From Thermoleophilia bacterium (GTDB lineage Bacteria; Actinomycetota; Thermoleophilia; BMS3ABIN01): a stretch of 45,907 bases of DNA. The position numbers and the translations under genes are program-made. Under the pieces are notes generated by a model. That model did no database searches. It saw only the letters and a program-made list of their open reading frames with translations, and was not told the DNA's origin. Shown in pieces: positions 5,562-12,327 of the stretch. The stretch's first letter is position 1. Every line of letters begins with the position of its first letter. The stretch covers positions 1 through 45,907 of the forward strand of contig JBBAAB010000001.1 of assembly GCA_041658445.1 (NCBI GenBank), given 5' to 3'.

Positions 5562-5752
5562 CGCTCACCACGGGCAATGTACCGATACGAAATTCCTTCC
5601 TCAAACTTGTAGAGGAAGCATGCGCGCCCGAGACCGTCCACATAGCCAACCTCGGTGGCGTTCTCTGAGACAACGCGGGCAACCTCACCCTTGCTATTGC
5701 CAAAGGCGGAGACCAGGAACTCGATTCTGGGAGCGTCAGTCACCTTCGCCAT
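5489..5752 (-). CDS. Cassette ORF a1, hypothetical protein
   Basis: GAGAGAGGG RBS; ends at the attC TAG (..RAA*). Confidence 0.65.
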   Translation of the reverse strand: MAKVTDAPRIEFLVSAFGNSKGEVARVVSENATEVGYVDGLGRACFLYKFEEGISYRYIARGERANNSLKPTRPKRGSRSKRVSRAA

Positions 5753-5769
5753 TCAAGACCCTCTCTCGT

Positions 5770-5791
5770 TGCGGGCTAACTAGTGATTATA
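5770..5791 (-). promoter_or_regulatory. Array-A leading junction TATAATCACTAG|TTAGCCCGC (perfect -10 hexamer abutting the first cassette; attI-like?)
   Basis: Sense TATAAT at 5791-5786, with the cassette boundary 6-7 nt downstream. No good -35. The AATCACTAGTT 11-mer is shared with 3334-3354. Confidence 0.4.
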
Positions 5792-5827
5792 CGGCCGCTG
5801 TGTAAACTTGCGCGCCGAGTGTGCAAA

Positions 5828-5947
5828 TCATGTCACAAGCCAACCGGCAACAAACCCAAGAACGAATGCCGCAATTAGTGCTAGACAGCCCACCATCTCA
5901 GTAGTGCCACAGTCTCTCTCTTCGTTTGCCACCAAGTAGTCTGTCAC
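5828..5947 (-). CDS. Possible small single-pass membrane protein
   Basis: GTGA start/stop overlap with the upstream gene; hydrophobic C-terminal half; below the size cut-off of the ORF track. Confidence 0.3.
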   Translation of the reverse strand: MTDYLVANEERDCGTTEMVGCLALIAAFVLGFVAGWLVT

Positions 5948-6162
5948 AGCCCCGCCTCCTTATCAAGCCACTCTGAAAACGCAGCCGCCTGTTGGTTCCT
6001 ACGAATAATCATACTCAGGCGGTGGGCCTCCTGCTTCTTGGACTCGTGCTTCCCGCCCCTCCCAGACCAGGGCTGTGATCCGGCAAACTCGTGCGCCTGC
6101 CGCTCCGCTATTCTCATGGCTCGGTAAACAGTCTCGAACGTCACTTCAGCCTCCTCAGGCAC
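5944..6162 (-). CDS. Hypothetical protein
   Basis: ORF co-oriented with and overlapping its neighbours. Confidence 0.5.
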   Translation of the reverse strand: MPEEAEVTFETVYRAMRIAERQAHEFAGSQPWSGRGGKHESKKQEAHRLSMIIRRNQQAAAFSEWLDKEAGL

Positions 6163-6458
6163 AGGCTAACCTCGTACTTCCTGCCATTGCACCTTACCCT
6201 CATTCCGACTGGCCACGTTCCCTCTGCCAGATCGGCCTTGAATTCGGCCTTGGAGAATACCCTCCCGGAAGGCCACAAGTCGTTCGTCTCTCTCAGGGTC
6301 TCGTAACCCGCCGGCATCTTCGGCCGTCCGCGCCTATTGGCCGCCCGGCAATCACTACAGATGCTTCGATGAACGAGGTTCTTGAGCCGCCTGTCCTTCT
6401 CGCAGAACTGCTTTTCTGGTTTGTCCCAGCCACATTGTTTGCAGGTGCGCGTGTTCAT
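6141..6458 (-). CDS. Hypothetical zinc-ribbon protein (CKQC...CSDC)
   Basis: The ATG sits 6 nt downstream of a promoter -10 (leaderless). Confidence 0.6.
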   Translation of the reverse strand: MNTRTCKQCGWDKPEKQFCEKDRRLKNLVHRSICSDCRAANRRGRPKMPAGYETLRETNDLWPSGRVFSKAEFKADLAEGTWPVGMRVRCNGRKYEVSLCLRRLK

Positions 6459-6464
6459 AACTAG

Positions 6465-6492
6465 ATTATGCGCCTGTTTCTGGGGTTGTCAA
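6465..6492 (-). promoter_or_regulatory. sigma70-like promoter, leaderless start at 6458
   Basis: Sense strand: TTGACA(6492-6487)-16 nt-CATAAT(6470-6465)-6 nt-ATG. Confidence 0.5.
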
Positions 6493-6534
6493 GCCCCTCT
6501 TTTAGCGTCTGTTGATGGTGGGCAGTAGGCGCAG

Positions 6535-6858
6535 TCATTCAAGTCCGCGGCTGAGCTTGGCGCATTCCCTGAACTCTGCCCAGTTGTCTACAATGCGCCT
6601 ATCCATTGCGCGGTTTAGCCAAGACGGAACAAGCCCGATGGCGGGACCCCCGTGAACGTGCTCCATGTGATACCGCGCCCCGGGATCAAGCGGGCGACCG
6701 CGCCAGTCTACACCGGACGCAAACAGCGCTATCACCTCTTCGTATGTGCTGGTACACGGCCTGCCCTTTTCCCGGCAATGGCAGAGGAACTTGTTCGCTC
6801 GCCCTCTCGGTGTTCTGTCCCAGACCCGTCTCTTGTCCATTTTCGCCTCGTTCCCCAT
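6535..6858 (-). CDS. Hypothetical protein, weak HNH-like motif (HMEHVHGG...WLNRAM)
   Basis: The ATG sits 6 nt downstream of a promoter -10. The motif match is weak. Confidence 0.5.
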   Translation of the reverse strand: MGNEAKMDKRRVWDRTPRGRANKFLCHCREKGRPCTSTYEEVIALFASGVDWRGRPLDPGARYHMEHVHGGPAIGLVPSWLNRAMDRRIVDNWAEFRECAKLSRGLE

Positions 6859-6864
6859 GCCGTA

Positions 6865-6892
6865 AGTCTACTCCCGTTTGGTCTTGTGTCAA
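6865..6892 (-). promoter_or_regulatory. sigma70-like promoter, leaderless start at 6858
   Basis: Sense strand: TTGACA(6892-6887)-16 nt-TAGACT(6870-6865)-6 nt-ATG. It shares GGAGTAGACT with the promoter at 324-352. Confidence 0.5.
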
Positions 6893-7194
6893 GGCGGAAT
6901 CATTTCACCTAGGCATCGTCCCGACGTAGCCTCAAACGGCGCTGGTCTTCGCTTCACTCGCCTCGGCTACGCCGTCCGGTATGCGGCGGCGAAAGTGTCT
7001 CAATTGGTTTGCCAGATGTGTGAGCCGGTTTGGTTCGGCGGCATAAGGGCACACGTTTTACCCGGCTGTCCCGCCCTGCGATCTTGTTGACGCGGTTTCG
7101 CACCCGCAGATTTGAGACTATAGGGTGTGTCATATCGTCGGAACTTCTGGACAACTACCGACATACTTGCAGACTTGTGTAAAGAGTTCTGTCC

Positions 7195-7383
7195 TCAAGC
7201 CGGCTTGTGTAAGGGCTTCGTATGCTTCTCAACAATGGCTTGCCATCGGACGAACTGCTCTCCCGGTCTTCCGGTTGTCGCGGGATACAAACGAATCCAC
7301 TTCCGATAAACCTCTACCGGGAAATGGACAATCGGCTTGCCGTTCTTGTCCTTGCAGGTGCGACAGGGCTTGCTAGCGTTCAA
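7195..7383 (-). CDS. Hypothetical small protein (CRTC)
   Basis: ORF co-oriented with and overlapping the upstream gene end. Confidence 0.45.
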   Translation of the reverse strand: MNASKPCRTCKDKNGKPIVHFPVEVYRKWIRLYPATTGRPGEQFVRWQAIVEKHTKPLHKPA

Positions 7384-7543
7384 TGTTGTGGATTGTCATG
7401 TAGCGCGCTATCGCGTGTAGAATCTCAACGCAGTCCGCGGTATCCAGCGGGCGGTCGTCGCGGTTGATGGCGCCGAGCGCGGCCTTGAGTTGCTTCGCGG
7501 CAACGCCCACCTCTTTCAGTTCTTGGTCTTCGATGACTGTCAT
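7373..7543 (-). CDS. Hypothetical small protein
   Basis: GAGGA RBS 4 nt upstream of ATG 7543. The longer track ORF would overlap the tRNA-like element. Confidence 0.5.
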   Translation of the reverse strand: MTVIEDQELKEVGVAAKQLKAALGAINRDDRPLDTADCVEILHAIARYMTIHNIER

Positions 7544-7556
7544 GTTGTCCTCTAGT

Positions 7557-7633
7557 GGTGCGGGGCCGGATTCGAACCGACTGGTCATGCCTAAATGCTT
7601 CCCCGTTCGGGCCATTTATACAGCCGCCCGCAC
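7557..7633 (-). ncRNA. tRNA-like element: intact acceptor stem and T-arm, no foldable anticodon arm
   Basis: Sense strand: GTGCGGG...GTCGG-TTCGAAT-CCGGC-CCCGCAC-C. The acceptor pairing is 7/7 bp and the T-loop is canonical. A weak D-stem is present (GCTG/TGGC). No 5-bp stem with a 7-nt loop exists in the middle 45 nt. Confidence 0.4.
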
Positions 7634-7657
7634 CATGAACCCGGAAGTCGCTCATAT

Positions 7658-7686
7658 AGATTACGCCTCATTCTAGGGAAAGTCAA
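7658..7686 (-). promoter_or_regulatory. sigma70-like promoter directly upstream of the tRNA-like element
   Basis: Sense strand: TTGACT(7686-7681)-17 nt-TAATCT(7663-7658). Confidence 0.4.
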
Positions 7687-7854
7687 GCCCTGCCCTCCGG
7701 GGACTTGCAGCTTCGCGTGCATGTCATGTATCGTTGGGCGACGGCATACACCCACAATCGGCCACATGTCAACCCCCGGCGGCATTTTGCCTACATCTGG
7801 CGTCTTGACAGCCTCTGGTTCGGGCTTATGCTGTAGGCAGCTTAGGAGGCTGAA

Positions 7855-8580
7855 ATGAGAGAAATGCAGAAGGCACTCGTACTTCCCAGCGTGAACGAGG
7901 AAAGGTTTCTGGCGATTATGTCTGGGGCCGAGGTCGCGCTGGCAGAGGCGACCGAGATGGTGGACATCCTGAATCTTCGGAGTGACGCCGACGCCTACTC
8001 AGCCATGTTGGCGGCCAAGGGGGCCGGCCCGTACGCCCAACGGGTCAAGGTCTACCAGTTGAAGTGCGAGCGGAAGGCCGGCGACATTCTCAATGTCTTT
8101 CCGGCCGGGGACGGGCCGAAACCGGCTGGCGCGCCCGCCGGATACAAGAATGCGGCCGCCGCGGCAGAAGAGCTTGGCATCACCCGCATGATGCGGCAGT
8201 CTTGGCAACGGGAGGCGCGCCTCCCGGACCGCATCTTCTCGGCCTGGGTAAAGGACCTTCTTGAAAACAACATAGAGGTATCCCAGCGCGCTCTTTTGCG
8301 CCTTGCCAGGCCAACCGTTGCGCCCTCGCCGCCCGAGAAGCCGCTGACCATTCTTGACCGCTGGGCAGAGACGCTCAAGGAACTCAGCGACATCCTGTAT
8401 TCCATCGGGACATACCGGACCGCAAAGGAAGCCAAGTTGCACCTGTCCTACGCCAAGCACGCTGTTGCCGGCGTGACCACCATGTTGGCCGACGCCAAGG
8501 CGCTGGTGCGCGGCATTCTGGATGCCTACAACGACACGGTGGGCGGAAATCTAAGCATAGCGGGCGAGACGCCCGCGTAG
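7855..8580 (+). CDS. Hypothetical protein, possible DNA-binding (HTH-like ELGITRMMRQSW)
   Basis: AGGAGG RBS upstream; 241 aa. Confidence 0.6.
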   Translation: MREMQKALVLPSVNEERFLAIMSGAEVALAEATEMVDILNLRSDADAYSAMLAAKGAGPYAQRVKVYQLKCERKAGDILNVFPAGDGPKPAGAPAGYKNAAAAAEELGITRMMRQSWQREARLPDRIFSAWVKDLLENNIEVSQRALLRLARPTVAPSPPEKPLTILDRWAETLKELSDILYSIGTYRTAKEAKLHLSYAKHAVAGVTTMLADAKALVRGILDAYNDTVGGNLSIAGETPA

Positions 8581-8588
8581 GAGAACCA

Positions 8589-8765
8589 ATGAACGAGGTC
8601 CTAGACTTCGACTCTGTGGTGATCTTCGCCGCCGCCGTCCTGAAGACGGACGCGGTGCCGGCGGAGTATGACAGCCTGCCGGAGTGGGTGAGGCAGACGG
8701 CAGAGGAACTTGTGGCGACGAGCGTGCGCTGTGGCCCAGGCTGTACTCTGGACGCGAAGCCCTAG
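8589..8765 (+). CDS. Hypothetical small protein (58 aa)
   Basis: AGGAGAA RBS 4 nt upstream; below the ORF-track cut-off; hand translated. Confidence 0.5.
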   Translation: MNEVLDFDSVVIFAAAVLKTDAVPAEYDSLPEWVRQTAEELVATSVRCGPGCTLDAKP

Positions 8766-8829
8766 CTTCAAGTCCCCGGCAGGGCTGGACGTTCTCAAGG
8801 GGTAGATTTTGTTGTGGCACATTTGGGGC

Positions 8830-8858
8830 TTGACACAGGACAAAAACGGGTTGATACT
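8830..8858 (+). promoter_or_regulatory. sigma70-like promoter in the 237-nt non-coding gap
   Basis: TTGACA(8830-8835)-17 nt-GATACT(8853-8858). Confidence 0.4.
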
Positions 8859-9002
8859 CGTGAGTGAGCCGTGCGCAGCGAGTAGGCGCTGATGGAAGTC
8901 CAGCCACACAGGCGGCCCTGAAGCCTACAGCTAAAGAGGACGCCGGTTGGCACCTGTGAGCCGAACGTGACTTCGGCCGCCCGGCCCAACTTGGAGACAG
9001 AC

Positions 9003-9209
9003 ATGAAATGTCCAACGTGCGAAGGCGAGGGGAACTGGGTCGAATTGGTCTCTATGGAACTCGGGGGCCCCGTTGTTGCATGCGGGCGATGCCATGAGAC
9101 CGGCAGGGTGAGTATTTGGAACGTTCTGCGCGAGAAATTGTGGAATATCGCCCCCGAGCGGTTCATGGACTGGTATGTGGACAAGTTCTCTCCATACAGA
9201 GAGGGTTGA
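9003..9209 (+). CDS. Hypothetical zinc-ribbon protein (CPTCEGEG...CGRCHETG)
   Basis: GGAGA RBS 6 nt upstream of the ATG. Confidence 0.6.
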   Translation: MKCPTCEGEGNWVELVSMELGGPVVACGRCHETGRVSIWNVLREKLWNIAPERFMDWYVDKFSPYREG

Positions 9210-9210
9210 A

Positions 9211-9456
9211 ATGGAAGAAGAACGTCCCAATCTACGTCCCAGGTTGAACAAAGCCCTGAGAGAGAACGCCGAACTGAGGAAGCGGCTGGAGTGGCTTGAC
9301 TCCAACTGCGGGTTCTATGTTCGCGAGGGGGGGGAACTTCTTCTGGCTGGCATTGAGTACCGGTGGTTCCCGAAGAGACACAAGACATTGAACGAGGCCA
9401 TTGACGCTGAATTACTGGTGGCTACCGCCGACTTGAAGCCGGAACAGGACGCATAG
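9211..9456 (+). CDS. Hypothetical protein
   Basis: GAGGG RBS; start adjacent to the upstream stop. Confidence 0.55.
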   Translation: MEEERPNLRPRLNKALRENAELRKRLEWLDSNCGFYVREGGELLLAGIEYRWFPKRHKTLNEAIDAELLVATADLKPEQDA

Positions 9457-9467
9457 GGAGTCTGGGC

Positions 9468-9623
9468 ATGAGGCACACAATCGGAATGGCCCTTCTTGTT
9501 GTCGGCGCTGCGGTGTCCCTGATCTGCGTGGCGTACTCGGCAATCAAAGACCACAACTGGTGGCCCGCATTTGGAATGGGCGTTTTCATGTACGCCGCAG
9601 CCTTGGCGTGGGCATTCACATAG
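9468..9623 (+). CDS. Small two-TM membrane protein (51 aa)
   Basis: GGGAGTCTGGGC RBS context shared with several genes; hand translated. Confidence 0.5.
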   Translation: MRHTIGMALLVVGAAVSLICVAYSAIKDHNWWPAFGMGVFMYAAALAWAFT

Positions 9624-9634
9624 GGGGAGGGCGC

Positions 9635-10006
9635 ATGGACTACACGCCGGGGACGCTGCGGAAGTTGCCGTATGTTCCTCGCCTGCACGAGGAGGATATC
9701 ATGGCCCACGCCGATGCGTGGCAGGCCGACCGCAAGAGGCTGCTTCAGTACGGCCAACACCTTCCGGGCTGTATGGAGCCGGGTCTTGTGGACGAAGACT
9801 GCGCGTGTGGGTGGAGAGAGGCCCGCATGGCCCTCGCGCCCAGCGATACTTCGCAAGCCAAGTCCCCGGAGGGAAACGAGTGGCCACCGAAACGTCTCGT
9901 GATTGACGGGGACAATGATCCGGTTCGAGTTCCATACGAGAACCTGTGTCCCGAATGCAACCGTGTAACCAACGGGCGACGTTGCGCCCACTGCCAAGGA
10001 GAATGA
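9635..10006 (+). CDS. Hypothetical Cys-rich protein
   Basis: GGGGGAGG RBS. Confidence 0.6.
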   Translation: MDYTPGTLRKLPYVPRLHEEDIMAHADAWQADRKRLLQYGQHLPGCMEPGLVDEDCACGWREARMALAPSDTSQAKSPEGNEWPPKRLVIDGDNDPVRVPYENLCPECNRVTNGRRCAHCQGE

Positions 10007-10008
10007 AG

Positions 10009-10626
10009 ATGATCGGCACACCGAAGACTCTCAAGGTTCATGTAAGCCGCAAGCTGGGGGACAACGAATTCGGCTCTTACGGCGTGGATGCAGAACTAGA
10101 GGTAAGCCTTCCCCCCGACGCCAATCGAGACGAGGCGTTTGACGAGAACGACGCGTGGCTGACCGCGGCGGTAGGGCGGAGCATGGCCGAGAAGAAGGCT
10201 TCGATCCAGAAGATGCAGGCAGAGGCGGCCGAGGCAAAGAAGGGGCAGACCGTTGAGGCCGAAGAGGCAGAGACAAAACAAGACAAGCCGAAGGCAGACG
10301 CAAAAGAAGGGGAGGAACTGACGTTCAAGTGTGTCAAGTTCACCCTTGCGAAGCTGCCGGACAAGAAGTTCAAGTTGGAGCTGTACCCGGAGATCAAAGA
10401 CGCGCCAGGCAAGTATCCGACGATCAAGTTCACCGCCGAACGCGAGAAGATGTGGGACATGCTGCATGATGTCGCAGACGACTACGACTTCTCGGACTTG
10501 CCCGTTGAGTATGGTTGTGAATTTCTCGTCCACTACGCCATTGGTAGAGAGTTCGAGATCAAGGCCGGAGAACACAAGGGCGAGAAGTCGCACTACAAGG
10601 ACCTTTTGTCCATCGTTGCCATGTAG
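10009..10626 (+). CDS. Hypothetical acidic/Lys-rich protein
   Basis: AAGGAGA RBS. The G of its TAG stop is the base before the first cassette boundary. Confidence 0.6.
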   Translation: MIGTPKTLKVHVSRKLGDNEFGSYGVDAELEVSLPPDANRDEAFDENDAWLTAAVGRSMAEKKASIQKMQAEAAEAKKGQTVEAEEAETKQDKPKADAKEGEELTFKCVKFTLAKLPDKKFKLELYPEIKDAPGKYPTIKFTAEREKMWDMLHDVADDYDFSDLPVEYGCEFLVHYAIGREFEIKAGEHKGEKSHYKDLLSIVAM

Positions 10627-10658
10627 TTGGGCGGTCGCCACGCCAGAGAGAGGGAACA

Positions 10659-10901
10659 GTGGACATCAACATGGCTTTAGTTGACGAGGCTAGGCGCTAT
10701 CATGGTTTCTGCGGGCACGGGGCAGACTTCGATGTGTGTACGGCGCTTGCCTGCCGTCTAGCGCGGCACATTTTTCTCGCCGCCCAACAAGTCGCTGAAG
10801 CTGACCGGGCCTGCCAATGTGGGCACCCCCCATCATTGCATCATCCCACGGAGAAATTGTGCATGTTCAGCGGATGCCGCTGCAAAGGCCCGGCAGCTTA
10901 G
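10659..10901 (+). CDS. Cassette ORF c1, hypothetical protein ending in the Cys/His module
   Basis: GAGGGAAC RBS then GTG; ends at the attC TAG (..GPAA*). Confidence 0.6.
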   Translation: MDINMALVDEARRYHGFCGHGADFDVCTALACRLARHIFLAAQQVAEADRACQCGHPPSLHHPTEKLCMFSGCRCKGPAA

Positions 10902-10917
10902 CTCGCATCCGTTAGGC
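10782..10917 (+). repeat. attC-like site c1 (136 bp, Cys/His-module loop)
   Basis: GCCCAAC-AAGTC-GCT[G]AAGCTG[A]CCGGGCC ... GGCCCGG CAGCTT AGC-TCGCATCC-GTTAGGC. Confidence 0.85.
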
Positions 10918-10938
10918 GCACCCAGAAGGAGAAGGCCA

Positions 10939-11136
10939 ATGACCAAAGAAGAGGCCCTGGCATCAGTCGAGAAGATCAGGGAAGAGGCGGATGACGATGA
11001 GGTGGCACATTCGCATGAGGATGGTCTGCGCGCCCAGTTCATTGCGCATGTGGCGGAGATGCCCGGCGAGTTGGGCGAGTTGGCCAAGATTGTTCTCTCA
11101 ACGGACGAGATTTCGTTCGGCCGCTGGTGCGCCTAA
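10939..11136 (+). CDS. Cassette ORF c2, hypothetical acidic protein
   Basis: AAGGAGAAGG RBS; the TAA stop lies inside R'' (GCCTAAC). Confidence 0.65.
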   Translation: MTKEEALASVEKIREEADDDEVAHSHEDGLRAQFIAHVAEMPGELGELAKIVLSTDEISFGRWCA

Positions 11137-11218
11137 CAACTCGCTGGAGCGGACGCCTGTTGGCGAGCCGAGTAGATCGTTAGGGTTCGGGGCGCAGCTT
11201 AGCTCCGATCCGTTGGAC
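11131..11218 (+). repeat. attC-like site c2 (88 bp)
   Basis: GCCTAAC-AACTC-GCT[G]GAGCGG[A]CGCC ... GGCG CAGCTT AGC-TCCGATCC-GTTGGAC. Confidence 0.8.
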
Positions 11219-11242
11219 GGTCGCCCGAAGTTGGAGGTTGAA

Positions 11243-11602
11243 ATGCCCGCACCGTATCTGTCTATAGAGGCAATGGCCGCATGGATTGCTCTGGACCGAG
11301 AGAACAATGGTGCCAGCAAGGAGTGGTGGGATTGGGCCGTATCCGCCTATGGTGTCGCCGCCCAACAAGAAGCTGAAGCTGACGTGGCCGTTGGATCGCA
11401 TCTGAAGCGGGTCCTGGAAGATGACGAGATCGTGGGCGAAGGGGGCTCGTTCCACATGGAGCGCATGGACGACGACCACATTTGGTTCCAGGTGGATAGC
11501 ATCGCGTTCGACCTCGATGTGAAGAGGGGCAAACTGTTGTGGAGGCCGCAGTGCAATGGGGGCTGGCCCGCTCTGGCTCTCTTGCTGGGCCACGCAGCTT
11601 AG
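11243..11602 (+). CDS. Cassette ORF c3, hypothetical protein
   Basis: GGAGG RBS; reads through the 5' arm (AAQQEAEAD) and ends at the attC TAG (..GHAA*). Confidence 0.65.
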   Translation: MPAPYLSIEAMAAWIALDRENNGASKEWWDWAVSAYGVAAQQEAEADVAVGSHLKRVLEDDEIVGEGGSFHMERMDDDHIWFQVDSIAFDLDVKRGKLLWRPQCNGGWPALALLLGHAA

Positions 11603-11618
11603 CTCCGGTCCGTTATAC
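11360..11618 (+). repeat. attC-like site c3 (259 bp, long translated loop)
   Basis: GCCCAAC-AAGAA-GCT[G]AAGCTG[A]CGTGG ... CCACG CAGCTT AGC-TCCGGTCC-GTTATAC. Confidence 0.7.
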
Positions 11619-11638
11619 GCACGGAAGATGAGGGTCAA

Positions 11639-11968
11639 ATGGACAACTTGAAAGCATGGATGTTGGAGGCTGCCGACGAGGAGCCAATCCTGGCAGTCGT
11701 GATTGGCGAGATGGGATGGGGCGACTACGGCAGCGATGCTGTGCCCCAGTATCAGGAACAGCGTCGCGGCGAGGTCCTGTCTTGGGACGAGGCCGCCCCG
11801 ATGATCGACTACGAGTTTAGATCGGGGTATGGCGCGCCGAGATGCAATGCGATTGTGGCGTGGACGGCAAGCAAGGTGATCTCGATTTCGCAGTATGACG
11901 GCTCCACGTCGGTGTTCACGCTCCCGCGCAATCCGACCGCACACATGCCCGGCATGCCGGGGGGCTAA
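11639..11968 (+). CDS. Cassette ORF c4, hypothetical protein
   Basis: GAGGG RBS; stops before the attC. Confidence 0.65.
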   Translation: MDNLKAWMLEAADEEPILAVVIGEMGWGDYGSDAVPQYQEQRRGEVLSWDEAAPMIDYEFRSGYGAPRCNAIVAWTASKVISISQYDGSTSVFTLPRNPTAHMPGMPGG

Positions 11969-11977
11969 CGCCCGTGC

Positions 11978-12066
11978 GTATAACAACTCGCTGAAGCCGA
12001 CTCGGCCCAAGCGGGGTTCAAAGTCGAAGAAGGTTGGCCACGCAGCTTAGCTCCGGTCCGTTATAC
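11978..12066 (+). repeat. attC-like site c4 (89 bp)
   Basis: GTATAAC-AACTC-GCT[G]AAGCCG[A]CTCGGCC ... GGCCACG CAGCTT AGC-TCCGGTCC-GTTATAC. Confidence 0.8.
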
Positions 12067-12089
12067 GGCTCCACGCAGGAGGTGGAAAC

Positions 12090-12281
12090 ATGAAGTACAT
12101 CAAGGTCTCTCGGAGCGACATGCCCGGCTCCTATACCGATACCCTAAAGGGGGCGGCGAATTGTGTCGAGGGGGAGTTTGACGGAATTGAGGGGGTGCCA
12201 GTCGGAACGTCTATCACCCTGACGGTGGTCGAGATGTCCGAGGAGGAATACGCCAAGTTGCCGGAGTTCGATGGTTGGTAG
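12090..12281 (+). CDS. Cassette ORF c5, hypothetical acidic protein
   Basis: AGGAGGTGG RBS; stops 2 nt before the R'' extension. Confidence 0.65.
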   Translation: MKYIKVSRSDMPGSYTDTLKGAANCVEGEFDGIEGVPVGTSITLTVVEMSEEEYAKLPEFDGW

Positions 12282-12283
12282 CC

Positions 12284-12310
12284 GTATAACAACTCGCTGG
12301 AGCGGACGCC
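12284..12310 (+). repeat. Truncated attC (5' arm only; deletion derivative of the c2-type site)
   Basis: GTATAAC-AACTCGCTGGAGCGGACGCC is joined directly to the CGCAGTTGGAGGATGAAATG leader. Confidence 0.7.
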
Positions 12311-12327
12311 CGCAGTTGGAGGATGAA

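Larger units (their letters stand above)
4025..5780 (-). mobile_element. Integron-like cassette array A (a1-a4/a5), no integrase
   Basis: ORF+attC-like units follow the junction TATAATCACTAG|TT at 5780|5779. Confidence 0.75.
10627..12310 (+). mobile_element. Integron-like cassette array C (c1-c5), no integrase
   Basis: Five ORF+attC-like units start at ..ATGTAG|TTGGGCGGTCGCC. Confidence 0.8.

Noticed and set aside
7095-7125. T7-like promoter look-alike TTTGAGACTATAGGGTG
   Set aside because: No single-subunit RNA polymerase gene is present in the closed genome. It is a single occurrence with no co-oriented gene downstream.
6859-7194. ORFs 6878..7090, 6954..7154, 7125..7376 and others in this gap as genes
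   Set aside because: They have no RBS, mutually overlap on both strands, and have Arg/Pro/Ser-rich composition typical of out-of-frame GC-rich sequence. The region is treated as non-coding apart from the promoter at 6865-6892.
7557-7633. Calling this a bona fide tRNA gene
   Set aside because: No anticodon stem-loop could be folded in any register, and the D-arm is weak. It is kept only as a tRNA-like element.
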